From contig JBEEMZ010000002.1 in the NCBI GenBank assembly GCA_041192405.1, forward strand, positions 1,815 through 65,814: DNA of 64,000 bases. The letters run 5' to 3'. The notes below the pieces were generated by a model that was not told where the DNA came from, did not search any database, and worked only from the letters and a program-made list of their open reading frames with translations. How positions within the stretch are numbered: position 1 is the first letter of the stretch; every line of letters starts with the position of its first letter. Source of the stretch: Bacteroidota bacterium. Lineage in GTDB: Bacteria > Bacteroidota > Bacteroidia > Chitinophagales > Saprospiraceae. A program made the translations under genes and the position numbers. Shown in pieces: positions 19,609 through 30,082 of the stretch.

Positions 19609-21360
19609 ATGAAAAAAATATTTTTGAATATTATTGGCTTATTCACGTACATCAGTGTTTTCGCGCAACCGACTTTTACAGCGAGTACTGATAATCCTGA
19701 AATAGCTGTTGGCGCGCTCTTTGAGGTCAAATTTACACTCGTCAATGGTACGGGAGATGATTTTAAAGCACCACCTTTGAACGATTTTAATATCGTCGGT
19801 GGCCCGAATAAATCAAGTAGCATGCACATTGTGAATGGCGTTTCGAGCTCGACGATGGGTTTTTCCTATCAATTACAGGCGAAAAAAGAAGGAAAATTTG
19901 TAATTGCACCCGCTAAAATTCGTTCTAGTGGGAAATTATTGGAGACATTGCCGATTAAAATCAATGTCACAAAATCGCCTACTTCTTATTCAACTACTAC
20001 AAAAATGCCTTTGGATGCCAAAGATGCCGTCTTTGTGAAAGCGGAAGTGAACACAAACGAAGCATTTGTGGGTCAACAAATCGTTTTAGATTATAAATTA
20101 TATACACGTGTCAGTTTAAGTGGTGTTAATTTATTGAAAGAAGCCGAATATGATGGGTTTTATAAGCAAGATGTGAATTCTTATAATCATGGAGAATCGC
20201 GGATGAAGTTGGGCGGCAAGGATTATACGACCAAAATTTTACAACGCGTTGTTTTATTTCCGCAAAAAGAAGGTGAAAAAGTCCTTTTACCGTTGGCATT
20301 GCAAGTTGGAATCGTGTCTTCAAGCGGTGATCCATTTGACGATTTTTTCAAAATGGGCACGACCGCGCAAAAAAATGTTCAATCAAACCCTGTCACAATT
20401 AAAGTCAAAGCATTGCCTGTAAATGCGCCTGTTAGTTTTACGGGTGGTGTTGGGAATTTTGACGCTCAATCCAGTATTAGCCGTCAAGAAGCAACGACAG
20501 ATGATATTTTATCTTTAAAACTAACGGTCGTCGGCGATGGTGATGCCAAACAGTGGCAAGCACCAAAGTTCACACCTGTGGATGGTTTAGAATTTTATGA
20601 GCCAAAAGTGTTATCTGAAACGCCAAGCGATGGTCACGGGCTTATCGAAACGACTAAAGAATGGGAATATTTAATCGTTCCCAAAAAAACGGGCAATTTT
20701 GAGGTAAAACCTGCATTTAGTTATTTCGACGTGAAAAAAAATGAATATGTAACTTTACAACCTGCAACTTACGCGCTGCGCATTGCGCAAGGAACAAATC
20801 CTACAGCGAAAATTGCTGCTACTGCTGTTGTACAACCAAAGGATATTCGGTTTATTAAAACCAAAACAACACTTAACAAACTTTGTGATACTTTTTTTGG
20901 CACAGTGCCTTATTCTATTTTGTTGTTGATGCCTTTTTTGGGATTGCTTGCGGCTTATCTCTATAAACAGCAACAATCCAAATTAAATTTGGCAGATGTA
21001 AAGGTTATCAAAAGTTTAAATGCTCAAAAAGTGGCACAACGCCGTTTGGCAATCGCGGAACAGCATTTGAAAAACGGGCGCAAAAAAGATTTTTTTGATG
21101 AAACATCTAAAACAATGTTCACTTACATTAGTGATAAATTAAATATTCCTTTATCTGAATTTTCTAAAAATATGGTGCGCGAAAAAATGGTTTCTTTGGC
21201 GATTCCTACGACACATATTGACCGTTTTTTGAGTATTTTGCAACAATGTGAAATGGCGTTATTCGCACAAATGGATTCAGATGCGAAAATGCAGGAAATG
21301 TATAATGATGCTTTACAAGTGATTACAGATATAGAAAATAATATTTCGAGAAAAATATAG
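19609..21360 (+). CDS. BatD (oxygen tolerance) family protein
   Basis: Start moved to the ATG at 19609 (MKKIFLNIIGLFTYISVFAQ signal peptide). ~580 aa with a single C-terminal TM segment (ILLLMPFLGLLAAYLY) and a cytoplasmic tail, which is the BatD architecture. It follows the BatC-like gene. Confidence 0.7.
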   Translation: MKKIFLNIIGLFTYISVFAQPTFTASTDNPEIAVGALFEVKFTLVNGTGDDFKAPPLNDFNIVGGPNKSSSMHIVNGVSSSTMGFSYQLQAKKEGKFVIAPAKIRSSGKLLETLPIKINVTKSPTSYSTTTKMPLDAKDAVFVKAEVNTNEAFVGQQIVLDYKLYTRVSLSGVNLLKEAEYDGFYKQDVNSYNHGESRMKLGGKDYTTKILQRVVLFPQKEGEKVLLPLALQVGIVSSSGDPFDDFFKMGTTAQKNVQSNPVTIKVKALPVNAPVSFTGGVGNFDAQSSISRQEATTDDILSLKLTVVGDGDAKQWQAPKFTPVDGLEFYEPKVLSETPSDGHGLIETTKEWEYLIVPKKTGNFEVKPAFSYFDVKKNEYVTLQPATYALRIAQGTNPTAKIAATAVVQPKDIRFIKTKTTLNKLCDTFFGTVPYSILLLMPFLGLLAAYLYKQQQSKLNLADVKVIKSLNAQKVAQRRLAIAEQHLKNGRKKDFFDETSKTMFTYISDKLNIPLSEFSKNMVREKMVSLAIPTTHIDRFLSILQQCEMALFAQMDSDAKMQEMYNDALQVITDIENNISRKI

Positions 21361-21401
21361 TGCTACGTTTCGGAATCCTTAAAGGTTTCCAAAACGTAGC
21401 A
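21361..21401. terminator. 'acgtttcg' family hairpin
   Basis: tgctacgtttcggaa tccttaaaggt ttccaaaacgtagca. It begins at the batD stop and is a near relative of the hairpin at 30801-30839. Confidence 0.6.
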
Positions 21402-21419
21402 TCAAAAACCAACTACACC

Positions 21420-22517
21420 ATGCCACGACTTTACAGAATTAGAAATACAGCATTTCTAAGGCATCGAAGATTGATACGGTCTTTGATGCTTGGGATGCTC
21501 CTTTTCCTAATTCAATGCGCCAAACAAACACCCAAAACCGTTTTACCTGCTTTTTACTATTGGAAAACCAGTTTTCCAAGTGCTGGTTTGAGTGATTATG
21601 AAAAAAATGTTTTAAATAAACTAAATAATCAAAAAATTTATATTAAATTATTTGATGTGGATTGGGATGAAACAACGCATTTTCCAAAACCCGTGGGCGA
21701 ATTAATGGGGTACAAATCCAATGATTCATTGATGCGAACGATTATTCCAACTATTTTTATTACAAACCGCACCTTCCTACAAATACCTCAAACAGCATTA
21801 GATACGTTGGCAACCTTAATTTTACAACAAATTGAGTTAAAAATAGCACATACGCATTTTAAAGAAATTCAATTTGATTGTGATTGGAATGAGTCTTCTA
21901 AAACAAATTATTTTGAATTCTTAAAAATCATTCATTCAAAATTAAATAAAAACATACAATTATCGGCAACTATTCGCTTACACCAAATTAAATTTTATGA
22001 AAAAACGGGTGTTCCGCCCGTAGATAGAGGCATGTTGATGTGTTACAACGTCTCAGATTTGGATTCGCCGCAATCGGTTAATTCCGTTTCTGAGCCTGCT
22101 GCCCTCAAAAGTTATCTTAAAAATGCACGGGCTTATCCATTAGCATTGGATGTTGCGTTGCCCATTTTTGCTTGGGGCGTTGTTTTACGCAATGCACAGG
22201 CTGTTAAATTGATTCATCCGTTGCGTTCGGACGATGCAGATTTGAATAATAATACTGTTTTTGCAAAAAAAACAAATTATAATTTTGAAATTCTGCAAAA
22301 TACGTATTTCAAAGGACATTATTTGTACAAAGATGATGTTATCCGAATTGAGGAGGTGCCGCTTCAAACCTTGCGCGAAACAACAAAACTTTTAAAACCG
22401 TTATTGGAAAAAAGGAGTCAAGATACCTTAACTGTGGCATTTTTCCATTTGGATTCAACGAACCTCAAAGCCTATCATTATGAAGATTTACAAAATATTT
22501 TGTTTGATTTGCGTTAA
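21420..22517 (+). CDS. hypothetical lipoprotein
   Basis: The ATG at 21420 gives MPRLYRIRNTAFLRHRRLIRSLMLGMLLFLIQC (lipobox). No family recognised. Motifs DVDWDE and IQFDCDWNES. Overlaps the next ORF by 38 nt. Confidence 0.6.
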   Translation: MPRLYRIRNTAFLRHRRLIRSLMLGMLLFLIQCAKQTPKTVLPAFYYWKTSFPSAGLSDYEKNVLNKLNNQKIYIKLFDVDWDETTHFPKPVGELMGYKSNDSLMRTIIPTIFITNRTFLQIPQTALDTLATLILQQIELKIAHTHFKEIQFDCDWNESSKTNYFEFLKIIHSKLNKNIQLSATIRLHQIKFYEKTGVPPVDRGMLMCYNVSDLDSPQSVNSVSEPAALKSYLKNARAYPLALDVALPIFAWGVVLRNAQAVKLIHPLRSDDADLNNNTVFAKKTNYNFEILQNTYFKGHYLYKDDVIRIEEVPLQTLRETTKLLKPLLEKRSQDTLTVAFFHLDSTNLKAYHYEDLQNILFDLR

Positions 22518-24765
22518 TGCAATCCTATCAAAAACGGCGCAAGCCGTCACACCGCCTACCTGTATGGGCGACCCAAGCGATACGACGCGTTGGTATTCGT
22601 TCGTGTCTCAAAATATCCTTCATCTTCCTGCGGACATGCGGAGTTACTTGATGGACACCCGCAAATTGGCAGACCATTATGAATCCCAAATGTATCGCCA
22701 AGAAGCGGATAACATTTCGGAGTGGCAAGGGCGTTTTTGTTCGATTCCCGATACTGCCGCCATTCGATATGTGGTTTATCAAGCGGGCGTGGATGAATTG
22801 GAAGATTTGCGGCAAGCGGCTATGAGCAAAACGCCTGATATATCGTTTCGCTTGCAAGAGAATCGGTTTGCACAAGTCTTGAAAGAAAATCGTTGTATTG
22901 AAACCATTGATTATCTGTTGTTTGCGAAAGATTGTGAGCGTCATGTGTTGCCGCAACCGAATTGGGGGAATCGCCAAAGTCGTGATTTTGCGGCGATGGC
23001 TGCCTTGATTAAGCGGGGGCGAGATGAGTTTCGACTCACTAAATCGGTCTTTATTAAACATCGGTATGCGTATCAAATGATTCGGTTGGCGCATTATTCC
23101 AAAGATTATGCGTCGGTTTTGGCATTATGCGACGAACTGATGCCGCGAATGGAACGCATTACAAGTATTATTAATTATTGGATTATGGGGCATAAAGCGG
23201 GCGCATTGCTCCAAATGGGCAAACGCGCTGAAGCTGCTTTTCAATATTCATTGGTTTTTCGTTATTGTCCGAGCAAACGGGAGTCCGCCTATCGGAGTTT
23301 TGACATCAAAACAGAAGCAGAATGGAAAAATTGCCTCAATTTGTGTCAAAATAATGAACAACGAGCTACATTATATGCAATGCGCGCTTCATCGCCCGCG
23401 AGTCGGAGTCTCGAGGATATGAAATCTTTATATCAATTGGAACCGAAAAATATTACGTTGGAATTGTTGTTATTGCGCGAAACAGCCAAATTGGAAAAAA
23501 TTTTATTGGGCAAAGATTTTAGATTGCCGCGTTATCCACAAGCAGAACGACAAAAAGCCGCACAATATTTGTTAGACTTTAGAGATTTTGTGCATAAATG
23601 TGGTACAGAAAGCACTGTGAAAACACCTGCTTTATGGCAAATTATAGAAGGCTATTTGACGGTTTTAGCGGGAGATTATTATCATGCACGCGTTTTGTTT
23701 GAAAAAGCGAGACCTTTGACAAACGACCCAAAAGTTTTAGAACAATTGGAAACATTTGATATGGCAGCTCGAATTGGTTTGATGACGTTGCCGAAAGATG
23801 CGGAAGGCAATACGGCGTGGCAAGAAATTCGGACTTCACCTTATTATAATGCACATAATGCGTTTGAGCGTTTTTTTCGGGAAAAAGCGGGCAATCTATA
23901 TCGCGCGGCGGGCATGAAAGGCATGTCTTATTTTTGTGATTATGGTTTAGAAGATTTGGCTTTGAACCCGCAATCGGAATTGGTGGATGATATGCTTGCC
24001 GTTTGCAAAAAGCCAAATATGTCTTCGTTTGAACGCGAATTGGTGATGGAGACGCAACGTCAGAACATTGAACAAGATCTTTTGGATATAAAAGGCACGG
24101 ATTTTTTGAGAAAATATCAATTAGAAGCTGCATTGCAATGTTTTCAACAGATTCCACCTGCAAGTTTAAAACAAGTTATGTTTAATCCGTTTACAGAACG
24201 GATTCGAGATTGTGTGCGTTGTTCCGTTGCGGACACCTTATTATATGATAAAGCGCAGGCGGTTCAAAAAATTTTAGATTTGGAATTTCAGGCGCGGGCG
24301 GCTCCCGATGAGGCGGCGAAATATTATTATCAGATTGGTTTGGCGTATTATAATATGAGTTATTTTGGTCATTGCTATAAAGCAATGGATTTTTTCCGCA
24401 GTGGCGCGTCTTGGTATTCGATTCATTCGGGTAAAGATGTTTTTACGAAACGCGGCAGACCGAATGGGAATCGTGAAAATTTAGATTTGAGTCAAGCCTT
24501 AAAGTACTTTGAATGGGCTCGCAAAACGACTCGTGACCCTGAATTGGGTGCAAAAGCAGCGTTTTGGGGTGCAAAATGTGATTTAGTATCTTTTTATCGC
24601 TCGCCCGATAATCAATATCGAATTGGTTCGAGAACGATTCCCAAAATTACATCTAAGTATTTGCGTTATTATGATTTATTAAATTCTGGCTATTATAATA
24701 AAACAGAATTTTATACGCAAGCTGTGCGAGAATGTAAATTTTTTGCGTATTATTCAAGGCGTTAG
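22480..24765 (+). CDS. hypothetical secreted protein (761 aa)
   Basis: Long uninterrupted ORF with a signal peptide (MKIYKIFCLICVNAILSKTAQA). Helical, TPR-like composition. No family recognised. Confidence 0.65.
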   Translation: MKIYKIFCLICVNAILSKTAQAVTPPTCMGDPSDTTRWYSFVSQNILHLPADMRSYLMDTRKLADHYESQMYRQEADNISEWQGRFCSIPDTAAIRYVVYQAGVDELEDLRQAAMSKTPDISFRLQENRFAQVLKENRCIETIDYLLFAKDCERHVLPQPNWGNRQSRDFAAMAALIKRGRDEFRLTKSVFIKHRYAYQMIRLAHYSKDYASVLALCDELMPRMERITSIINYWIMGHKAGALLQMGKRAEAAFQYSLVFRYCPSKRESAYRSFDIKTEAEWKNCLNLCQNNEQRATLYAMRASSPASRSLEDMKSLYQLEPKNITLELLLLRETAKLEKILLGKDFRLPRYPQAERQKAAQYLLDFRDFVHKCGTESTVKTPALWQIIEGYLTVLAGDYYHARVLFEKARPLTNDPKVLEQLETFDMAARIGLMTLPKDAEGNTAWQEIRTSPYYNAHNAFERFFREKAGNLYRAAGMKGMSYFCDYGLEDLALNPQSELVDDMLAVCKKPNMSSFERELVMETQRQNIEQDLLDIKGTDFLRKYQLEAALQCFQQIPPASLKQVMFNPFTERIRDCVRCSVADTLLYDKAQAVQKILDLEFQARAAPDEAAKYYYQIGLAYYNMSYFGHCYKAMDFFRSGASWYSIHSGKDVFTKRGRPNGNRENLDLSQALKYFEWARKTTRDPELGAKAAFWGAKCDLVSFYRSPDNQYRIGSRTIPKITSKYLRYYDLLNSGYYNKTEFYTQAVRECKFFAYYSRR

Positions 24766-24792
24766 AAAGCATTTCGTTTATCTGCTTTTTAG

Positions 24793-24833
24793 GTGGAAAC
24801 ACATATGGACACAGAAAACATATGTGTTTCCAC
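24793..24833. terminator. hairpin between convergent genes
   Basis: gtggaaacacatatg gacacagaaaa catatgtgtttccac: perfect 15-bp arms followed by A-rich sequence. Confidence 0.65.
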
Positions 24834-24864
24834 AAAAAAGCGAAGTAGCCAAAAACTTTAATGA

Positions 24865-26496
24865 TTAAAAAGTCGAATTTACATTAAAACGAATCCCACT
24901 AAATGCAGGCTCTAACCGACAAATCCCGCCCGTACAAACCACACCTTCCACTTGCTTGACATAAGCCAATGAAAATCGGTTCGCGCCTTGCGTATAAGCC
25001 GCCGCTAAAGTCGGATAATGTAATGCTTTTGTCTTCTTAGGCAATGCGTTATACATATCAGAAATTGTGAATACCCATTTTGGCGCAATCGAATATTCTG
25101 CCAACAAAAATGCCCATGAACCATAATCTTGTTTGGTGTACATGTATTGTGCTTCCATGCGCAACGTCTTTTTATCGTTGATATGATGAGAATATTCAAT
25201 GTAAGGCGTAACCGTTTGAACATTTGGGGCATTTGGTTTAACCTCATAAATACTTTGATTATAGGTTTGCATTTGAATGCCAATCGTCATTAAGTCATGT
25301 TCAAATTTGCGTAAAGCATTGATATTCAATTCTCTATATAACAAATCATGATTCAAATTATTCGTACCTGACAAATTGGCATCTAATTGCCATTTTTCGG
25401 ATAATGCATATTTTACATCCAATTGAAGGGCTTGTTCGCCAATTTCTTGCGTTGCCGCATTGTAACGCGCCGTCAAACGATAGGTGTTTTGACGCGCCAT
25501 CGGTGGTAGAAAATTGATTGCGCCACGATTGAGCGTTACAAAAGGGTTAGTTCGGAAAATGAAATTTTCTGTTCGTTTCGCTTCCAAAGTCACGCCGAGA
25601 CCTGTGCGTGTGTACCCGAGACTCGTATAAAGCACATTTCCTGCCCGATTTACTAATTTTCCAAGCGAAATGGTTCCATTTCGATTGGTTTTTTCTGCCA
25701 AAGGGTCAAAAAAAACTTCATTTGTCTTGTACGCACCTTCAATGTACCATGTGAAATCGCCAACGGTTAATCTATTATACAAACTAAATAAATATGTATT
25801 GTATTGAGCACCAATGCTATCGGGCAATGTATAGGTACCAATCGTACTAACCACTTTTTGAACGGTTTCATCATCCAAAGTCCGATTTACAACCCCAAAA
25901 CCTGGCGCACAACTCCATGTACTCGCCGAATCACTCGCGTAACCTTCAATATTCGCGCCTTTGATGACGCTATTATAGACATCGAATTGTTGTTTCTGAC
26001 GACCCGTAAAGGCTTTGATTTTCCAATCAGGATTTAAGTTATACGATAAATTCACACCATATAAAGCATTGTCTATCAATAAAGGACGTTCTTCATACGC
26101 TCGAAAAATAATTCCAGAACCAATTTGGTCATACAAATAACCAACGCCAATATTAAAATCATCTATCTTTTTTTTGACATACCAACGCCCAATGCCTTGC
26201 CCCGTAAACGAACCTTGTGGATTTAATAAATTGGAATTATTAAACATATCAAATCGCAATCCCATATCATAACCAGAACGTTGATATTTGAGCGTCAGCC
26301 AAGATTCGGCACCAAATAATTGACGGTCGTATTGAGGTGTGTTTGCTGCGCCGATAGTGGTGTCGCGGAGGAAAAAATTGCCATTCGCTTGTAAGCTGCC
26401 GCTTAGATACGAAGTTTCAGTTTGTTCTTGTGCAAAGCCAATTTGCAACATAAACAATTGATTCACAATGATTATTGCGTAAAATTTAAATTTCAT
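24865..26496 (-). CDS. outer-membrane beta-barrel protein (DUF6029-like, by memory)
   Basis: 543-aa ORF with a signal peptide (MLQIGFAQEQ). Alternating amphipathic strands, frequent Y/G/N, and a C-terminal ...RFNVNSTF aromatic terminus typical of OM barrels. Confidence 0.65.
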   Translation of the reverse strand: MKFKFYAIIIVNQLFMLQIGFAQEQTETSYLSGSLQANGNFFLRDTTIGAANTPQYDRQLFGAESWLTLKYQRSGYDMGLRFDMFNNSNLLNPQGSFTGQGIGRWYVKKKIDDFNIGVGYLYDQIGSGIIFRAYEERPLLIDNALYGVNLSYNLNPDWKIKAFTGRQKQQFDVYNSVIKGANIEGYASDSASTWSCAPGFGVVNRTLDDETVQKVVSTIGTYTLPDSIGAQYNTYLFSLYNRLTVGDFTWYIEGAYKTNEVFFDPLAEKTNRNGTISLGKLVNRAGNVLYTSLGYTRTGLGVTLEAKRTENFIFRTNPFVTLNRGAINFLPPMARQNTYRLTARYNAATQEIGEQALQLDVKYALSEKWQLDANLSGTNNLNHDLLYRELNINALRKFEHDLMTIGIQMQTYNQSIYEVKPNAPNVQTVTPYIEYSHHINDKKTLRMEAQYMYTKQDYGSWAFLLAEYSIAPKWVFTISDMYNALPKKTKALHYPTLAAAYTQGANRFSLAYVKQVEGVVCTGGICRLEPAFSGIRFNVNSTF

Positions 26497-26664
26497 ACAT
26501 GGATTCGGATTAAACGAAAATCAAATTTAAATAAAAAAAATGAAGCGTTGTATATTTTGGATTAAAAAAATTTAAACTACAAGAAGGTATTGCAGCAAGT
26601 AAACAATATTCAACGATTTAAATCGTTAATGGCATTTCATTAATTCCAAAAAATAACAATCATT

Positions 26665-26982
26665 ATGAAAGTTTTAAATGCAATGCTTATTGGTTTCACA
26701 TTCATTACGGCTTGTCAGAAACCAGAAAAAGAATTTACCTCAAAAGGTGAAATTACAGGTATTGATATGCGTAAATGTGCTGCGCCGTGTTGCGGTGGCT
26801 GGTTTTTCACGGCAGGTAGCAGTAAATCAAAAGTACAAAAATTTCCAGACAACATTGATTTCGACCCAATGCGCGATAGTTTACCCCTTCGTGTGGAATT
26901 TGACCTTGAAAGTACAACTTCTGTTGATTGCGGAGAGCCAACGAATATATTGATTTTCAAGCGAATACGAAAAATAAAATAA
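26665..26982 (+). CDS. small hypothetical lipoprotein (Cys-rich)
   Basis: 105-aa ORF. MKVLNAMLIGFTFITAC lipobox, then a CAAPCCGGW motif. No family recognised. Confidence 0.45.
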   Translation: MKVLNAMLIGFTFITACQKPEKEFTSKGEITGIDMRKCAAPCCGGWFFTAGSSKSKVQKFPDNIDFDPMRDSLPLRVEFDLESTTSVDCGEPTNILIFKRIRKIK

Positions 26983-27229
26983 TCGTATAATATTCAGGAT
27001 GTTAAGTTTTCAGAGCTTTAACAAAAAATTATACGACAAAGTTACGCTCATTTTATGGAGGATGCAAATTACAAAAAAATGGGTTTGTTAATTTTTAGTT
27101 GGCAGTTGGCTACTTAGGTTACACCTTATACTGCCAACTAGCCACTTGCCAACCCTTTTATTTCAACCCAATTCGTTCGTCCGAAAACAAAGAACACAAG
27201 TTACTGACATCTATTTTGAGTAATTCATT

Positions 27230-27547
27230 TTGATTGTATTGCGGCGCGACGAGGTGTATCGTTTTATCTTGAAAAATCAAGATTTGAGTGGCATTATGGC
27301 AGAAATTTTGAAATTTTTGCGTCAATCTTTGTACTTAACGCCGCGTGAAGTGCGCCCAGCGTTTGTGAAACTGAAAATGGAGTTGGAAAAATTGGCAGAA
27401 AATCCTTTTGAACGACGGTCGTTTTTGTACTTAGATATATTGTCTTGGTTGGAAAGCAAAATTGATAATAAACCTGTGCAAACGGTGATTCGAGAAAAAT
27501 TCTTGTTGCGACAAGCAAAACGAAATAAGAAAGTTTTAAATATTTGA
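27230..27547 (+). CDS. hypothetical protein (likely start at ATG 27296, MAEILKF...)
   Basis: The ORF track start is TTG. The internal ATG gives an ~83-aa product with NPFERRSFLYLDILSWLESKI. No family recognised. Confidence 0.35.
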   Translation: MIVLRRDEVYRFILKNQDLSGIMAEILKFLRQSLYLTPREVRPAFVKLKMELEKLAENPFERRSFLYLDILSWLESKIDNKPVQTVIREKFLLRQAKRNKKVLNI

Positions 27548-27915
27548 CTTCGATTCTAAAAGATATATTTTTGTAAAACTTTATTAAATTATCTAAATTA
27601 AAACAAATCGTATGGATATCATTAAATGAACATTACCAAAAAGCATTAGACACTTCCAAAGAAAATTTTGTCAATTTTGTTAAAATCAATACACATGATT
27701 TGCCAAAAGGCGATAAAGAAGAATTGGAATGGCTTGCACAACGCATTGCTATGAATATGTATTATTATCCAAGCAATATCGAAACCGCGAAATCAGATTA
27801 TATTAGCTTTATCGGGCTACTTATTAAGCATGGGCTTTTGTTCAAAAAACAAAAAGATTTAAAAATGGATAAAACCTATCCATATTGATTTAAAAGTGTA
27901 AGTTGACACAAATTA

Positions 27916-27961
27916 TACGAATTTGCACGAATGATTCGTGCAAATTCGTACAATTCGTGTC
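27916..27961. repeat. 'cacgaat' family palindromic element, copy 2
   Basis: tacgaatttgcacgaat g attcgtgcaaattcgta has perfect 17-bp arms, followed by the extra half-site caattcgtgtc. Same architecture as copy 1. Confidence 0.9.
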
Positions 27962-27987
27962 CCATTTTGAATAGGTCGCAACTTGTA

Positions 27988-29055
27988 TTATGAATAATAC
28001 TTTTTCCGTATATCAACTAACAGTGCTTCAGCTTTTGCTTCATCAGGCGCGTCAGGCAAGTCCGACTTTTCAAACAATTCGTATATTTTTTCAGCTTGTT
28101 CGGTTGCTTGATTGACCAAATCTTCATATTCAAAGGCACCACTCCGAATTTTTAATAAAAATTCGCGTTCAGGTCGCCTAACAATAATTTTACATTCTCG
28201 CGCAATCTCCTCTGCCATGTTCAACAACCGAAAAACGTGCATCATATTTTTCGCATCATAATTTTTCTCATGTTGAATGGTATTTTGATACCGCGCTTCG
28301 TTCCGATTTTCGACCCACGACCAATAGGCTAACCAATCTTTACAATATTTCGAGTAACCATCTTTGTTAAAATTCAAATGGCACAATGGCGGAATCCCTT
28401 TTGGAATCGAACTCAAAAGAACATCATTTGCCTCCGCGCCCGAGCAAACACCTTTAAAATATTGATTTCCAGTTAATTGTGATTCGTGAAATAATACATA
28501 CGTATCTTTGAAATGATCTACTACTGCCAAACCACAATGCTCTTGCTGCCAACCATGTTGTTCCAAAAAGCGATTCAATGGCATTGAACCCATGCCTTGC
28601 GTTACATAACAAAAATCAGTAACATATTTTCGTTGCTCGCTCATAGGATTGACAATTTTTTTGTTTAAACCACGAGCTTTTTTGATTTGTGCAAACGCAA
28701 ATTGAGCAAAAGTTAGACTGCACCTTTTAGAAAGAAATAATGTAGGGTTTAAATCACTTAAAACAGGATGTTTGAATTGAACACAGTCATTAGGCGACGC
28801 TAATAATTCTAAAATATTGGGATTGTTTTTCAATAATAAATTGAAAAAACGGCGTAATTCATAATACACTTCGTCATTAGAAGCATTCGCAACTTGCTCA
28901 ATATATTCCAAACCATAATATTCATCTATCGGCGATATGAACACGCCTTTGATGTCAATATCAGAATGTGGCAATGCTAAACCATAAGCATTACTGCCAC
29001 TTATACATTTTAATAAAATGCAATTTGTTTGTTGATGTAATGATTCAAAAGTCAT
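27988..29055 (-). CDS. nucleotidyltransferase domain protein (Pol-beta superfamily, RlaP-like)
   Basis: 355-aa ORF. The N-terminal GSNAYGLALPHSDIDIKGVF fits the GS...D.D nucleotidyltransferase active-site pattern. The rest resembles the predicted-nucleotidyltransferase family often linked to RNA repair genes (from memory). Confidence 0.65.
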   Translation of the reverse strand: MTFESLHQQTNCILLKCISGSNAYGLALPHSDIDIKGVFISPIDEYYGLEYIEQVANASNDEVYYELRRFFNLLLKNNPNILELLASPNDCVQFKHPVLSDLNPTLFLSKRCSLTFAQFAFAQIKKARGLNKKIVNPMSEQRKYVTDFCYVTQGMGSMPLNRFLEQHGWQQEHCGLAVVDHFKDTYVLFHESQLTGNQYFKGVCSGAEANDVLLSSIPKGIPPLCHLNFNKDGYSKYCKDWLAYWSWVENRNEARYQNTIQHEKNYDAKNMMHVFRLLNMAEEIARECKIIVRRPEREFLLKIRSGAFEYEDLVNQATEQAEKIYELFEKSDLPDAPDEAKAEALLVDIRKKYYS

Positions 29056-29126
29056 AATTTGGTATTAATTTGCAAACATGCAAACACATAGATAGGGAAC
29101 ATAGGCGCTGCAAACCTATGTTCTCT

Positions 29127-29936
29127 CTATACATCTGTGTTTGCAAAGATAGGTTGAATATTAAAACCTTTTAATTTCAAAAATCTTAAAATCCCTTTTT
29201 TACCCGCCAAATGTCCCGCGCCAACCGCCGCACAAATGCTTTGTTGTTTGTGAATTTCAATAATTTCATTTGCCATGCGCTCATTTCGGTCGTATAAAAG
29301 CAATTTTCGATTTCCTTTAACCGACCGTTTCGCACTTTCATACAATGCTTGAATATCCGCTTCTTCATATAAAGCCGTCATCCGCAACAATGATTTCCGA
29401 AAACGAGCAAAATTTCGAGTAATATCTTTCACTTGTTTTACTTGATCATCTACGTTCATTTTATTCAAAATATCCATTTGCTCTTGCATTGTTTCAATAC
29501 CGAGCATTTTTTTAGAATTTTGTTTGGCAAAAATCCATAATGTCTCATCTAAAGATTGTGGTGCATCTTTCAATAAAATGGCTTCTGTCAAAATATTGAC
29601 TAATAAAATCGGTCTCACGGCATCATAAGATAATAAATCACTTCCAACTTTTTGTTGAAATAATTCAGTAACTCTTTCATACCATTTTTCCGTAAACAAA
29701 TTTTTCAAACGGACACCTTCGGGCAACATTAAAGCGGATTGAGAAAAATTTTGCGATGCTTCATCCAAATTAAATTCGGTTGCAAATGCCTCACACGATA
29801 GTATTTTTTGAAAAAAGAGGTCTTGATATTTAAATGCTCTTGCGTCCCGAACGTGCATTGTTCCAATCAAATACGATATTTTATCAGAACCTTCTTGTTG
29901 GAACGACCAAATTAACGATTTTTTATTTTTTTTCAT
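29127..29936 (-). CDS. TraB/GumN family protein
   Basis: Start moved to the ATG at 29934-29936 (MKKNKKSLIWSF...). YLIGTMHVRD near the N-terminus and AVGAGHLAGKKGI near the C-terminus are the family signatures. Confidence 0.75.
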   Translation of the reverse strand: MKKNKKSLIWSFQQEGSDKISYLIGTMHVRDARAFKYQDLFFQKILSCEAFATEFNLDEASQNFSQSALMLPEGVRLKNLFTEKWYERVTELFQQKVGSDLLSYDAVRPILLVNILTEAILLKDAPQSLDETLWIFAKQNSKKMLGIETMQEQMDILNKMNVDDQVKQVKDITRNFARFRKSLLRMTALYEEADIQALYESAKRSVKGNRKLLLYDRNERMANEIIEIHKQQSICAAVGAGHLAGKKGILRFLKLKGFNIQPIFANTDV

Positions 29937-30082
29937 TCGTATTATTTTAAGAATTGTCATTTTTTTGTCAAAAAAACGTGCTAATGCAAAAATTTCTTTT
30001 TTTTTCCAAAAAATAATTACTTTTGCGTTTTCAATCGTACTTAAAAATTTTTTTTTAACAACGAACTTTTTAACAAACAACT

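Noticed and set aside
22528-24163. 188-aa (22528-23094) and 173-aa (23642-24163) minus-strand ORFs
   Set aside because: Both are fully nested antisense to the 761-aa ORF. They are Arg/Pro/Ile-rich with no motifs, and the long sense ORF with a signal peptide is the better model.
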